Part shown: piece after piece, positions 18,816-28,500 of the stretch
Layout of the letters: each line of letters begins with the position of its first letter
Position numbering within the stretch: position 1 is the first letter of the stretch
Source: an uncultured Acidimicrobiia bacterium
Lineage (GTDB): Bacteria; Actinomycetota; Acidimicrobiia; Spongiisociales; JAOTWH01
Length of the DNA: 64,000 bases
Reading direction: 5' to 3'
NCBI GenBank assembly: GCA_964195995.1
Contig: CAXMQS010000088.1
Coordinates: forward strand, 10,082-74,081
Notes under the pieces: model-generated
What the model saw: only the letters and a program-made list of their open reading frames with translations
The model's database searches: none
What the model was told of the DNA's origin: nothing
Position numbers and translations under genes: made by a program

Positions 18816-19640
18816 CTAGCGCCCACCAACCTCGGCCGTGATTCGCTCTAGAACGGACGATCTGAGTTTCTCGGTGAGAGGTCCAGGGGTGAATACGGTC
18901 TCGTCGATCGCGACGACCGGCGACACCTCTTTGACCGTAGAGAGGACGGCAACCTCGTCTGCGCCGAGCACCCGAGCCAGTGGGAACACACCCTCCGCTA
19001 TCTCGATTCCGATACCCGCTGCCACCTCGAGCACGACGGTCCGGGTCACAGATTCGAGGACTCCCAGGTCAAGGGTCGGGGTCTCGAGGACGCCATCGAT
19101 GAACCACGCGATGGAGAAGGTGGGTCCTTCAAGCACTGAACCATCCCGACCGACGAGAAGGGCGTCGTGGAATCCATCTCTTTGCGCGGCCAGGCCAACG
19201 GCCATGTTCGGCGCGTAGGACACGGTCTTGGCCTGGGTGAGCTCACTGAAGGCACCCGCAGCATGCCACGGCGCCTGTCGCGCCGACAGGCGGAAGGCGG
19301 CTGGAACATCGGGGATCTCTTCCCAATAGACGATCACCCGCGGGGGCGTCTTCGTGAGGCTGTCGCGACTCCCTGCCGTCATCACTACCCGGATGTAGCA
19401 GTCGCCACCGGCGGCCGCCACCTGTGAGATCCATTCGGCCAGCTGGGCGGGCGGCTCGTCAAGGCCCAGGGCAGCCGCACTTCCCCTCATACGCAACAGG
19501 TGGGCGTCAAGCCCGAAGGGATGGCCGTTGTAGGAGCGTATGTACTCGAAGCAGCCGAAGCCGCGGATGAGGCTCCAATCGAAGACGGAAACCGAGGCAT
19601 CTTCGGCGGCCACTTCGACGCCATCGATCAGCACACGCAT
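18816..19640 (-). CDS. class IV aminotransferase (BCAT / D-amino-acid / ADC-lyase family)
   Basis: Fold-type IV pattern: ..VSVFDWSLIRGFGCFEYIRSYNG.. and a ~270-aa length. Confidence 0.8.
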   Translation of the reverse strand: MRVLIDGVEVAAEDASVSVFDWSLIRGFGCFEYIRSYNGHPFGLDAHLLRMRGSAAALGLDEPPAQLAEWISQVAAAGGDCYIRVVMTAGSRDSLTKTPPRVIVYWEEIPDVPAAFRLSARQAPWHAAGAFSELTQAKTVSYAPNMAVGLAAQRDGFHDALLVGRDGSVLEGPTFSIAWFIDGVLETPTLDLGVLESVTRTVVLEVAAGIGIEIAEGVFPLARVLGADEVAVLSTVKEVSPVVAIDETVFTPGPLTEKLRSSVLERITAEVGGR

Positions 19641-19649
19641 CGTCAGATG

Positions 19650-21293
19650 TTATCCGCGGTAGCGGTGCGTAATCGGCTGCCGCCGATCTCGACCGAAGGC
19701 CTTCTCGGTGATCCTGACACCGGGGGCTGCCTGGCGGCGCTTGTACTCATTGCGATCGACCATGGTGATGATGTCGGTCACTGTCTCGGCGTCGAAGCCT
19801 GCGGCGACTATCTGGCCGAGCTGTCGATCGTCCTCGACGTACAGCTCGATGATCTGATCTAGAACGTCGTATGGCGGCAACGAGTCCGAGTCAAGCTGAT
19901 CCGGCCTGAGTTCAGCCGACGGCGGCTTTTCGATGATGCTGGGAGGGATCACTTCCGACTCACGATTGCGCCAATTGGCCAGTCTGTAGACCAGTGTCTT
20001 CGACACATCTTTGAGCACTGCGAAACCGCCGACCATGTCCCCGTAAAGGGTCGCATAGCCGACGGACATCTCCGACTTGTTGCCGGTGGCGACGACCATC
20101 GGCCCGAACTTATTGCTGATAGCCATCAGAGTGGCGCCGCGAATCCGTGCCTGCAGGTTCTCCTCGGCGACGCCTTCGGGGGCGTCTGCGAAGACATCTG
20201 CAAGTGCCTGGCGGTGGGCGTCGAAGGTCTTTCCGATCCCGATGACATCGAGTCGGATGCCGAGGCGACGGGCCAGCTCGGTGGCGTCGCCCTCTGACTC
20301 GGGAGCGTTGTATGGCCCCGGCATGGCAACCCCCCACACCGCGTCCGGACCGAGAGCGTCGGCGGCGATGACGGCAGTCAGGGCCGAGTCGATGCCGCCG
20401 CTGAGGCCGATGACAACGCCCTCGAAGCCGTTCTTATGCACATAATCCTGCAAGCCAACGGTCAACGCCCTGTAGACGGACTGCTCCTCAACAGGATCCT
20501 CGGACAGCACCGGTTGCTGCGTCTCCCCAGCGCCAGTCGCCAGGTCGACAAAGAAGAGCTCCTCACCGAACTGCGGACCCCGGTAGATCATCGTCCCCTC
20601 GGAGTCGAAGGCCATGCTTTGCCCGTCGAAGACGAGCTCGTCCTGGCCGCCGACCAGGTTCAGGTATACGACGGGCACAGCGAATCGTTTCGCTTGCCGA
20701 CTCAGGAGCTGAGCCCGATCAACTCCCTTGCCCATGTGAAACGGCGAGCCGTTGATGTTCAGCAGAAGCTCGGCGCCGGCGGCGCAATGCGCGGCAGGCG
20801 GTCCATCGGCGACCCAGATGTCTTCGCAGATGGTGAGGCCGACGGAAACCCCTCCGATATCGAAGGTCTGGCCTTCGGGCGAGCCGGGAACGAAGTACCG
20901 AGCCTCGTCGAAGACCCCATAGTTGGGAAGCAAGACCTTGTGATAGGTCGCAACGACGTGTCCGTTCCTGACAAGGGCCGCGGCGTTGGCAATGCCTCTA
21001 TCGGTCGCATCGGTGTGGCGGCGATGGACACCATCGACAACGTCTACGAAACCAACGAGCGTCGCCATCTCGCCGGAAGCTTCGGCGAGATCGTTCAGCA
21101 CCTCGAGGTTCCGCTCGACGAACCCCGTGCGATAGACGAGGTCCTCGGGTGGGTATCCCGTGACCGCCAGTTCCGGCGTCAGCAGGACGTCGGCGCCCCC
21201 CTGCTGCGCTTCTGTCATGGCATCGAGCAGCAGAGCGCGATTCCCATCGAGATCACCGACGGTCAGGTTGAGCTGGGCTCCAGCAACTCGCAT
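19650..21293 (-). CDS. nadE: glutamine-dependent NAD+ synthetase
   Basis: N-terminal CN-hydrolase domain plus an NAD-synthetase domain with the PP-loop GLSGGIDSA. Confidence 0.9.
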   Translation of the reverse strand: MRVAGAQLNLTVGDLDGNRALLLDAMTEAQQGGADVLLTPELAVTGYPPEDLVYRTGFVERNLEVLNDLAEASGEMATLVGFVDVVDGVHRRHTDATDRGIANAAALVRNGHVVATYHKVLLPNYGVFDEARYFVPGSPEGQTFDIGGVSVGLTICEDIWVADGPPAAHCAAGAELLLNINGSPFHMGKGVDRAQLLSRQAKRFAVPVVYLNLVGGQDELVFDGQSMAFDSEGTMIYRGPQFGEELFFVDLATGAGETQQPVLSEDPVEEQSVYRALTVGLQDYVHKNGFEGVVIGLSGGIDSALTAVIAADALGPDAVWGVAMPGPYNAPESEGDATELARRLGIRLDVIGIGKTFDAHRQALADVFADAPEGVAEENLQARIRGATLMAISNKFGPMVVATGNKSEMSVGYATLYGDMVGGFAVLKDVSKTLVYRLANWRNRESEVIPPSIIEKPPSAELRPDQLDSDSLPPYDVLDQIIELYVEDDRQLGQIVAAGFDAETVTDIITMVDRNEYKRRQAAPGVRITEKAFGRDRRQPITHRYRG

Positions 21294-21487
21294 GATGTGA
21301 GCCTAAAGCTCAAGCCCAGTGCGCGGCCCCTTCGGGAACCGTCAGCACTCTCACAACGTCGACCGCGGGGTGTTGCGCGAGGCCTTGTGCCACCTCTTCG
21401 GCCAGGCCAAAGATCTCATCGTTCCGCGCCCCGCACACAACCGCCTGCACGTCATGCACGGTACAGGGGGGCCGATAGGCTCGAACC

Positions 21488-22438
21488 ATGGAGCGGGTGC
21501 TCGTAACCGGTGCCGCCGGCTGGCTCGGCGGACGAGCCGTCCAGCTTCTGGAAGCGCGTCCCGACACGACTGTGCTCGCGATCGACGACACCGAAACGCA
21601 CACTGGCTTCTCTTCCGACTTCGTCAAGATCGGTCTCGACAGCCTCGAATTCGCTGAGCTGCTCGCGAAGTTCTCGCCGACAGCGGTGCTACATCTCGGG
21701 ACGATCGACCGCTCGGCAATGGTTGGGGCGGAGATAAGCGACCGGGGCTTGGTGGTAGGTGCCCAAGCCTTGTTTGGAGCGATCGCCCGGAGTTCCGACA
21801 CGAAGACAGTTGTGATCAAATCTGAAGCAGGCGTGTATGGCATGGGTCCGCGGCAGCCCTCTGTCGCCACCGAAGAGTCGTCTACCACGGCCAAGGGAGC
21901 TTCTCGCCACCAGCGCAGGCTGCGAGAGATGGAGGCGTTCGTCGCCACCCAGGCCGAGCGCCACAAGTCGGCAAGCTATTCCGTCCTCAGGTTCGCACCC
22001 ATCGTCGGCCCCCACATTGGCAACGACCTGAGCCGATACCTGGCGCTGCCGGTCGTCCCGACCCGGCTTGGCTTCGACCCCCGGCTGCAGTTCATCTCAG
22101 AAGACGACGCTCTCGCGGTCCTCATCAGCGCGGTTGACTCGCCCCGCGCTGGCATCTTCAACATCGCCGCCGACGGACAGCTCTATCTCAGCCGGGTGCT
22201 GCGGTTGGGAAGGCGCCTCCAGCAACCGATTCCCAACCGTGCCCTCCGCGCCGCTCGAAGGGGCCTCGCAGGCTGGGGGATCCACCTCACCGACGATGAC
22301 ATGCGGATGCTCAAATACGGGCGGGTGATGGACACATCGAAGGCCAGGGGTGCCCTCGAAGTGCAGCCGACACTCAACTGTCGACAGACTGTCCTCTCCC
22401 TTTATGAGCGCCTTCCCGAAAGCCAGCCAGATGCGTGA
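21488..22438 (+). CDS. NAD-dependent epimerase/dehydratase family protein
   Basis: MERVLVTGAAGWLGGR Rossmann N-terminus. Confidence 0.85.
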   Translation: MERVLVTGAAGWLGGRAVQLLEARPDTTVLAIDDTETHTGFSSDFVKIGLDSLEFAELLAKFSPTAVLHLGTIDRSAMVGAEISDRGLVVGAQALFGAIARSSDTKTVVIKSEAGVYGMGPRQPSVATEESSTTAKGASRHQRRLREMEAFVATQAERHKSASYSVLRFAPIVGPHIGNDLSRYLALPVVPTRLGFDPRLQFISEDDALAVLISAVDSPRAGIFNIAADGQLYLSRVLRLGRRLQQPIPNRALRAARRGLAGWGIHLTDDDMRMLKYGRVMDTSKARGALEVQPTLNCRQTVLSLYERLPESQPDA

Positions 22439-23558
22439 CTTCGCCGATATGAACAAAGCCGACCTGTTGGCGCTGGCCAGGGAGGTTGACATCAAGGGCA
22501 GGTCGAAGATGACGAAGGAGCAGCTCATCGATGCCCTTCGGGGAGCCATGCCCAAAGAGTTGCCAAAGGAGGATCCCCGGCAGCGTCTCGCTGATCGGCT
22601 GGCCAAGCTGGTCGATACCGATCGCCGGTGCGGGTGGCAGAGCGCCGAGGGACACGTCTGCGGGCTTCCCACCGCTACGGGCTCGGCGGCTTGCGTTCTC
22701 CACGGCGGCGTCGACATCGAAGACCTTGCCGTTCCCGTCGTCGGGAGGCTCGGCTTCGACACCTGGCCAACCCTGCTGCGACACCTGTGGCTTGCCAGCT
22801 ACAGCATCGATCCACTTGGACTCGACCCGATCGTTGCGGAGATGGCTTGGCACGTCGGCAACGGCCTGTACTTCGACTACTTCCGCGTCGAAGTTGAGGG
22901 GATCGAGCATGTGCCGATGGTTGGCCCAGCGATCGTCGCTGGCAATCACGGCGGTGCCGCTCTGCCGTATGACGCCGCCATGCTGATGTTGGCAGTCATG
23001 AACGAGGCCCCCTTGCCGCGAAGGGTGCGGGTAGTCGGCACCGAGATCTTCAACATGCTGCCACTCGTCTCCCACCTGTACCGCAAGGCGGGGGCTGCCT
23101 TCGCCAGCCGCGACGACGCACTGCGCATACTCGGCGACGGCCATCTGCTGGGAGTATTCCCCGAAGGCGAGCGCGGGTTCATGAAGCCGGTATGGGAGGC
23201 GTATCAGCTACAGCGCTTCGGCCGCGGCGGGTTCGTCGAGCTGGCCGGCCAGTCCGGAGCCCCGATCGTCCCCGTGGCCATCGTCGGTTCCGAGGAGGTG
23301 CACCCAGCGGTGGCGGTATCCAAGACGCTGGCTCGGGTTGTTCGAATGGTCCTGCCCGAACAAAGAGTCGACGGGGTGGCCGTCTGGCTCAATCCGATTC
23401 CGCTCCCGGTCAAGTGGCGGATTCGGTTCCTACCTCCTGTGGGACCTCCGTCCGATCCTGACGATCCGCTCGAGGTCCTCGAGACCACCGAGCTCATCAA
23501 GAGCCGAATCCAGGCCGAACTGGACGACATGGTGGCCAACAGGGGTTCGATCTTCTAG
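22431..23558 (+). CDS. lysophospholipid (PlsC-type) acyltransferase with N-terminal Rho_N-like domain
   Basis: Start ATG 22431 overlaps the upstream stop. MNKADLLALAREVDIKGRSKMTKEQLIDAL is Rho_N-like. Acyltransferase blocks AGNHGG and FPEGERG. Confidence 0.8.
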   Translation: MRDFADMNKADLLALAREVDIKGRSKMTKEQLIDALRGAMPKELPKEDPRQRLADRLAKLVDTDRRCGWQSAEGHVCGLPTATGSAACVLHGGVDIEDLAVPVVGRLGFDTWPTLLRHLWLASYSIDPLGLDPIVAEMAWHVGNGLYFDYFRVEVEGIEHVPMVGPAIVAGNHGGAALPYDAAMLMLAVMNEAPLPRRVRVVGTEIFNMLPLVSHLYRKAGAAFASRDDALRILGDGHLLGVFPEGERGFMKPVWEAYQLQRFGRGGFVELAGQSGAPIVPVAIVGSEEVHPAVAVSKTLARVVRMVLPEQRVDGVAVWLNPIPLPVKWRIRFLPPVGPPSDPDDPLEVLETTELIKSRIQAELDDMVANRGSIF

Positions 23559-23596
23559 TTGCGCCTCGGGTCAATCCGCTAGCAATAGCAAGCGAA

Positions 23597-23956
23597 GTGC
23601 GGTATTCTGCACATGAGATGCGAGGCCAGATTTCCGACGTAGGCGACTTCATTCGACAGCAACGCGAGCGCAGCGCTATGTCGGTGCGCAAGCTGGCAGA
23701 CCTGGCCGGCATCTCGAACCCGTATCTGAGCCAGATCGAGCGAGGACTACGCAGGCCATCGGCCGACATCCTCAAATCGGTTGCCAAAGGGCTCTCCATC
23801 AGCGCCGAGACGCTCTACGAGAGAGCAGGACTGATGGAGAAGAAGGAGCGACCGACCGTCACAGACGCCATCGCCGAAGATACGGCCCTGACCCCAAAAC
23901 AGAAACAGGCGCTGCTGCAGATCTACAGCAGCTTCATCACGAAGGAGAGAGAATGA
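23597..23956 (+). CDS. XRE-family helix-turn-helix regulator
   Basis: HTH motif MSVRKLADLAGISNPYLSQIERG. The start may instead be ATG 23618, which sits 9 nt after a TATTCT -10-like hexamer (possibly leaderless). Confidence 0.8.
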   Translation: MRYSAHEMRGQISDVGDFIRQQRERSAMSVRKLADLAGISNPYLSQIERGLRRPSADILKSVAKGLSISAETLYERAGLMEKKERPTVTDAIAEDTALTPKQKQALLQIYSSFITKERE

Positions 23957-24402
23957 AAGTCACTGATGCGTTCTACGCAACAATCGGAGCGCCCGTGCTC
24001 GCCGGCCGCAAGCTGGTCGATTTCGGCGGCAAAGCCGTGGTCGCTGTTCGCGACGGAGTCGAGGCCTCAACCATCGAGGGTCGCACCGTTGCCGAGAAGT
24101 TCGGAGACGGCAACGTGGTCGAAGAGCTGAACACCCGCCTCGAGGTCGATGAGCGAGTAGGCAAGCTGCGCGATCAGGTCGAAAGCGTCGTCGAGCGCTG
24201 GCGCGAGGGCTTCCAGGCGGACAAGAAGGCCGAGGCCCCCAAGCCCGCCGCCAAATCCACAGCCAAGAAGGCCCCTGCCAAGAAGGCGGCGGCGAAGAAG
24301 CCAGCTGCCAAGAAGGCTGCGGCCAAGCCCAAGGCGACACCCAAGCCAGAGGCCACAGAGGAGACAACGCCGGTCGATGACAGGGTCGACATCACCGCCT
24401 AG
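23953..24402 (+). CDS. HbhA-like protein with Lys/Ala-rich C-terminal repeats
   Basis: ATGA coupling to the XRE gene. Helical N-part, then AKKAPAKKAAAKKPAAKKAAAKPKA repeats. Confidence 0.65.
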   Translation: MKVTDAFYATIGAPVLAGRKLVDFGGKAVVAVRDGVEASTIEGRTVAEKFGDGNVVEELNTRLEVDERVGKLRDQVESVVERWREGFQADKKAEAPKPAAKSTAKKAPAKKAAAKKPAAKKAAAKPKATPKPEATEETTPVDDRVDITA

Positions 24403-24425
24403 GGCGGAACGGTCCAAGTGAGAAA

Positions 24426-24449
24426 AGAGCCCCGGTAACCCGGGGCTCT
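24426..24449. terminator. bidirectional intrinsic-terminator hairpin
   Basis: AGAGCCCCGG-TAAC-CCGGGGCTCT (10-bp stem) flanked by AAAA and TT, between convergent genes. Confidence 0.6.
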
Positions 24450-24472
24450 TTGCGCGACATCAACGCGTCAAG

Positions 24473-24877
24473 TCAGCGGGACACCAAGGGGGAAAGCTTC
24501 TTGGCTTCATTGATCCAGGCGTTCACCATGCCCTCGGTGGGCAGACGGCGCACCAGCTTCTTCGCCTGGTTGACGTCGGTCATCTTCTTCGTGAGCGAAG
24601 CTGCGCTGCGATTACGGAGTTCTTTCACAGTGTCCACACCGGCGGCCTCGAGCAGGTCGCTGTATTCGGAGCCGATCCCTTTGACCCTCATGAGGTCGGC
24701 CCGATTGACCCACACGAGGATCTGTCTCTCAGGGACGGTGGCGGCAAGACCAAGTGCCCGGCGGCCCTTGCGAGCACCGGCCTTCTTAAGAAGAGACTCT
24801 GTAGTCCGCACTCCCGCTTTGCGCAGCTTCCTGGCGTCCGTGGGGCCCATGCCCTCTATGGTGTCGATTGACGACAC
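24473..24877 (-). CDS. DUF4332 domain protein
   Basis: IEGMGPTDARKLRKAGVRT.. and VKGIGSEYSDLLEAAGVDTV helix-hairpin-helix-like repeats. Confidence 0.8.
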   Translation of the reverse strand: MSSIDTIEGMGPTDARKLRKAGVRTTESLLKKAGARKGRRALGLAATVPERQILVWVNRADLMRVKGIGSEYSDLLEAAGVDTVKELRNRSAASLTKKMTDVNQAKKLVRRLPTEGMVNAWINEAKKLSPLVSR

Positions 24878-24961
24878 AGCAGTTCCTTTCCGTTCGGCGT
24901 GCCCGCCTCCCCTAGCGGCGGCGGCGAGGATAACTGCGTGAGACGCGACGTGCCACCGGGA

Positions 24962-25516
24962 TCAGTTGATGGACCCGGGAGCTGGCTCGGAGATCACCAC
25001 GGTGCTCGACCATTCCGGATGTGCCGCCAGCAATTCTTCGAGGCGCTGATCTGTGTCAGAAGTCATCACGTGATCCCAAAGCTGGCGTCCGAGGAGGACG
25101 GGTCCCCCTCGGACGTAGCGGTAGGTAGGGGCCGCAGCCATCTTCCCCGACGTCGCCAGGCTATCCACGAGAGCAGCAACGGTCCCCCCAGGGACCTCCG
25201 GCACATCACTGTCGATGATGAGAGCCGCGTCCGCATCGGGGAGCAAATGAGAGACCGCGTCGAGACCAACGCTGATCGCAGAGGAACGGCTGTTTCCATC
25301 CTCGTCGAGCACCGCGATGCAACCGCCTAGATCCATCGACTCGACGAGGTGCTCGTCGTCCTTACCGAACACGACAACGACCGGCTCCGCGAGATCCCAC
25401 TGCTTCGCCAGAGCGATCACGGCCTCCAACACGGGCTTGCCGTCAAAGGGAGCCTGCGGGCGTGCAGGCGAAGCGGTGATGATGACGCCAGCGATCTCTT
25501 GTTTGGCCTCATCCAC
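24962..25516 (-). CDS. MobA/MocA-like nucleotidyltransferase-fold protein with a degenerate NTP loop
   Basis: GTG 25516 lies 18 nt after the giant-gene stop. LIIDSDVPEV and PTYRYVRGGPVLL resemble MocA. The N-terminal LAAGxSxRMG loop is replaced by ITASPARPQAPFDG. Confidence 0.6.
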   Translation of the reverse strand: MDEAKQEIAGVIITASPARPQAPFDGKPVLEAVIALAKQWDLAEPVVVVFGKDDEHLVESMDLGGCIAVLDEDGNSRSSAISVGLDAVSHLLPDADAALIIDSDVPEVPGGTVAALVDSLATSGKMAAAPTYRYVRGGPVLLGRQLWDHVMTSDTDQRLEELLAAHPEWSSTVVISEPAPGSIN

Positions 25517-25533
25517 TGCGGCCAGGTTACGAC

Positions 25534-28500
25534 CTAACGGTCCTGGGCGATGGCCACGAGATAGATCTTGCCGTTCTTGTACTCGAAGTGGGCCATCCAA
25601 GACCCGGTCACGCCGTCGCGGCCGAAGGACATGAAGTGGAAGTTGTGGAGCTCCGTCGGGATGAGTGCAGAGACGAGGATCGGCGTATCGATCGCAGGCT
25701 CGGGCGAGACGGCGGCGGCCGCCAGGAACGGCTCAGCGATGGCCTCGGTGAAGTCGACGCTATGGAAGGGGATGCTGCGGCCTGCCACGACCGCCTCGAT
25801 GTCCTGGGTCCGCACAACCACGGGCGAGCCCCCAAGACCAATAGCGAGTCCGCGCTCGCCGACGAGGGATCCGACTGATCCCTCGTCGGCGAAGGCGTTG
25901 CGCATCCGCTCGATGATGGCGCCAACCCTTTCGTCCTCGACGAACTCTTCGTCGGTGACCTGCTCTGTGAGGTAGTAGAAGTCCACCCAGCCGCTTCGGT
26001 CCCCGGCCTCGATCTCTATCCAGTCGATCCCTTCGAGTGGTCGCACCTTCGAGATAGCAACGATGTCGCGTGCCGTCGGACTGAGGTGGTGCCTGATCTT
26101 CGAGTCATCTCCCGGCTCTTCGTAGATCGGAAGCGAAGACTCGGGATCCCGCATGACGACGGCGTACAAGCGACGCTTGCCGCCGAGGAACGGAAGGATC
26201 CTGACTACGGAGCTCCAGCGGAATCCTCCAAGAAGCATCGACCACATCAGGGAGATCAACAACAGGATCAACGGAATCTGGAGCGTTTCGAGGCTCTGGA
26301 AGAAGGCACCCGTGAGCAGCTCGACGCCACTTGGCGCCAAAACCTCGATGCCGTCGGGCACGTCGAAGTTGATGAGGGGACTCCCGACTTCGTTCGATAG
26401 ATCGGTCGCAGTGTCGAATACGTCACGAGGCACGACGATGAAGATCGAGGACTCGTCAGTGCCGCCCTTGCCGTCAGAAGCGCGATAGGAAACCTCGATA
26501 CTCCCGAAGAAGCCCGGGTATGCCCGGAACGTGACGGTCCCGTCGGCATTGGCCACGAAAGACCCGTTGGAGTCGCTCCCGACGGAGGCCAGGATCAGGA
26601 AGTCGCCATCTGGGTCGATGTCGTTGGCGAGCACCTGGATGTTGACCTCGAAGTAGTCGTTCACGACAAGGAAGTCCTGCATGCCGACAGGCGGATCGTT
26701 GAGGGGGAACACCCGGACGTCGACCGCCGCCGAGGACGTGCCGCCGTTGCCATCGGAGATGGTGTACCTGAAGTGATCGATTCCGGTGTAGTTGTGGGCT
26801 GGCGTGTAGGTCACTTGCCCGCCGACATCGATGGTCAGGGTCCCGTGTTCGGCCGCAGTCACCGCGGTGACGAACAGGCTGTCACCGTCTGGGTCAGAGT
26901 CGTTGAGGGTGAGCTCGAAAGTCCCCGTCGAGTCCTCGTAGAGCACGTATGCGTCGTCGACCGCAAATGGCGGCTTGTTCTTGGCCTCGATCGACAGTGT
27001 CACCCTGACGGGCTCCGAGAAGGCGAGGCCGTCGAACACCCGGTAGGTGAAAGAGTCGTCGAAGTCGTTGTCGGCGCTATGCGCATAGGTGAACGAGCCG
27101 TCCGAATTGAGAGTCAGCGTCCCTCGGATCGGCAGGGCCTCGATGACAGAGGCGATCGGGTCGCCGTCTGGGTCCGTGTCGTTGGAGAGGACGCCTGGAG
27201 CGCCGATGACCATCGTGTCGTACTGGACCAAGTCGTAGTTGTCCGGAAGGCCCGTTGGCGGCCGATTGGTGTTGAGCACAGTGAGGCTGAAGGCGGTAGA
27301 TGCCGAGAGGCCTCCAGGGCCCGTGACCGTGACCGTGATCACGTAGACGCCGCTGTCGTCATACCCCGGAGTGCCGCTGATCAAGCCAGACGCCGGATCA
27401 ATCACCAGGAACGGAGGTAGTCCGATGGCCGAGAATGTCAAGGGGTCGCCGTTGATGTCACTCCCCGTCGCCGTGACGGCAAAGGGATCGATTTCGGAGA
27501 TCGTCGCATCCGGGATGGGATCGATGGCCGGCGGGTCGTTGACAGGAACCACGACGACGGTCACGTCCGCCCAGCCGCTCCAAGCCCCATCGTTGTCCTG
27601 TACCCGATAGGCGAAGGAGGTCGACCCGTTCCAATCGCCGACCGGGCTGAAGTCGAACGTGCCGTCGGCGTTGTTGGTGACGGTCCCGATGGTGCCGGTG
27701 TCGTCGAGCTGCACGGAAGGCGCGAGCAGCGTCCCATCGATGTCGGAGTCGTTGCCGAGGACGCCTCCGGTGGTGAACGGGACGTCCTCGGGTGTGTTGA
27801 ATGCCGGGCCCGAGTCGTCGACAGCGATTGGCGGATCGTTGACATCGCCTACCGTGACGCTGACCGACGCCCAGTTGGACCAGGCTCCAATGTCATCCTG
27901 AACGCGATAGTCGAACGAGGTGGTGCCGTTCCAGTCGGCTGCCGGACTGAAGTCGAAGGTCCCATCGGCGTTGTTGATGACGGTTCCGATGGTGCCGGTG
28001 ACATCGAGCTGTACCGAAACCGGGACCAGCGTGCCGTCGATGTCGGAATCATTGCCGAAAACGTCTCCGGTGGTGAAGGGCGTGTCCTCCAGGGTGTTGA
28101 AGGCGGGACCCGAGTCGTCGATCGCCACCGGTGCGTCGTTGACCCCAGTGACGGTGATGGTCACAGTGGCGGTGTTGGAGACACCAGAGTGGGAGTCGGT
28201 GGCTCGGTAGGTGAAGGTGATGTCACGGTCCTCGCCCAGCGCCAGGTCCTGGAAGTCGGTGCCGGGATCGAAGTCGAAGGTGCCGTTGACCGCACCCAGG
28301 GCCGCGGCGCCTTCACCGACACCCGGTGGGGTGACAATGGCGTAGACCAAGGTGGTGGGATCGTCGTCGGAGTCGACGTCGTTGGAGTCGAATGACCCAG
28401 TGACGACGGGGCCATCTTCGGTGGCGTTGTCAGAGACGTCTTGGGACACCGGTGCGTCGTTGACCCCAGTGACGGTGATGGTCACAGTGGCCCAATTCGA

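Noticed and set aside
21310-21489. Possible 49-59-aa ORF (..VHDVQAVVCGARNDEIFGLAEEVAQGLAQHPAVDVVRVLTVPEGAAHWA) directly upstream of nadE
   Set aside because: GC3 is high and it ends 16 nt before nadE. However, there is no SD sequence and no recognisable family. The only ATG would overlap the divergent epimerase ATG (CCATGG). The support is insufficient to call it a gene.
24225-24345. GCCAAGAAGG-type DNA repeats
   Set aside because: They are explained by the Lys/Ala-rich coding repeats of the HbhA-like gene, not by an independent element.
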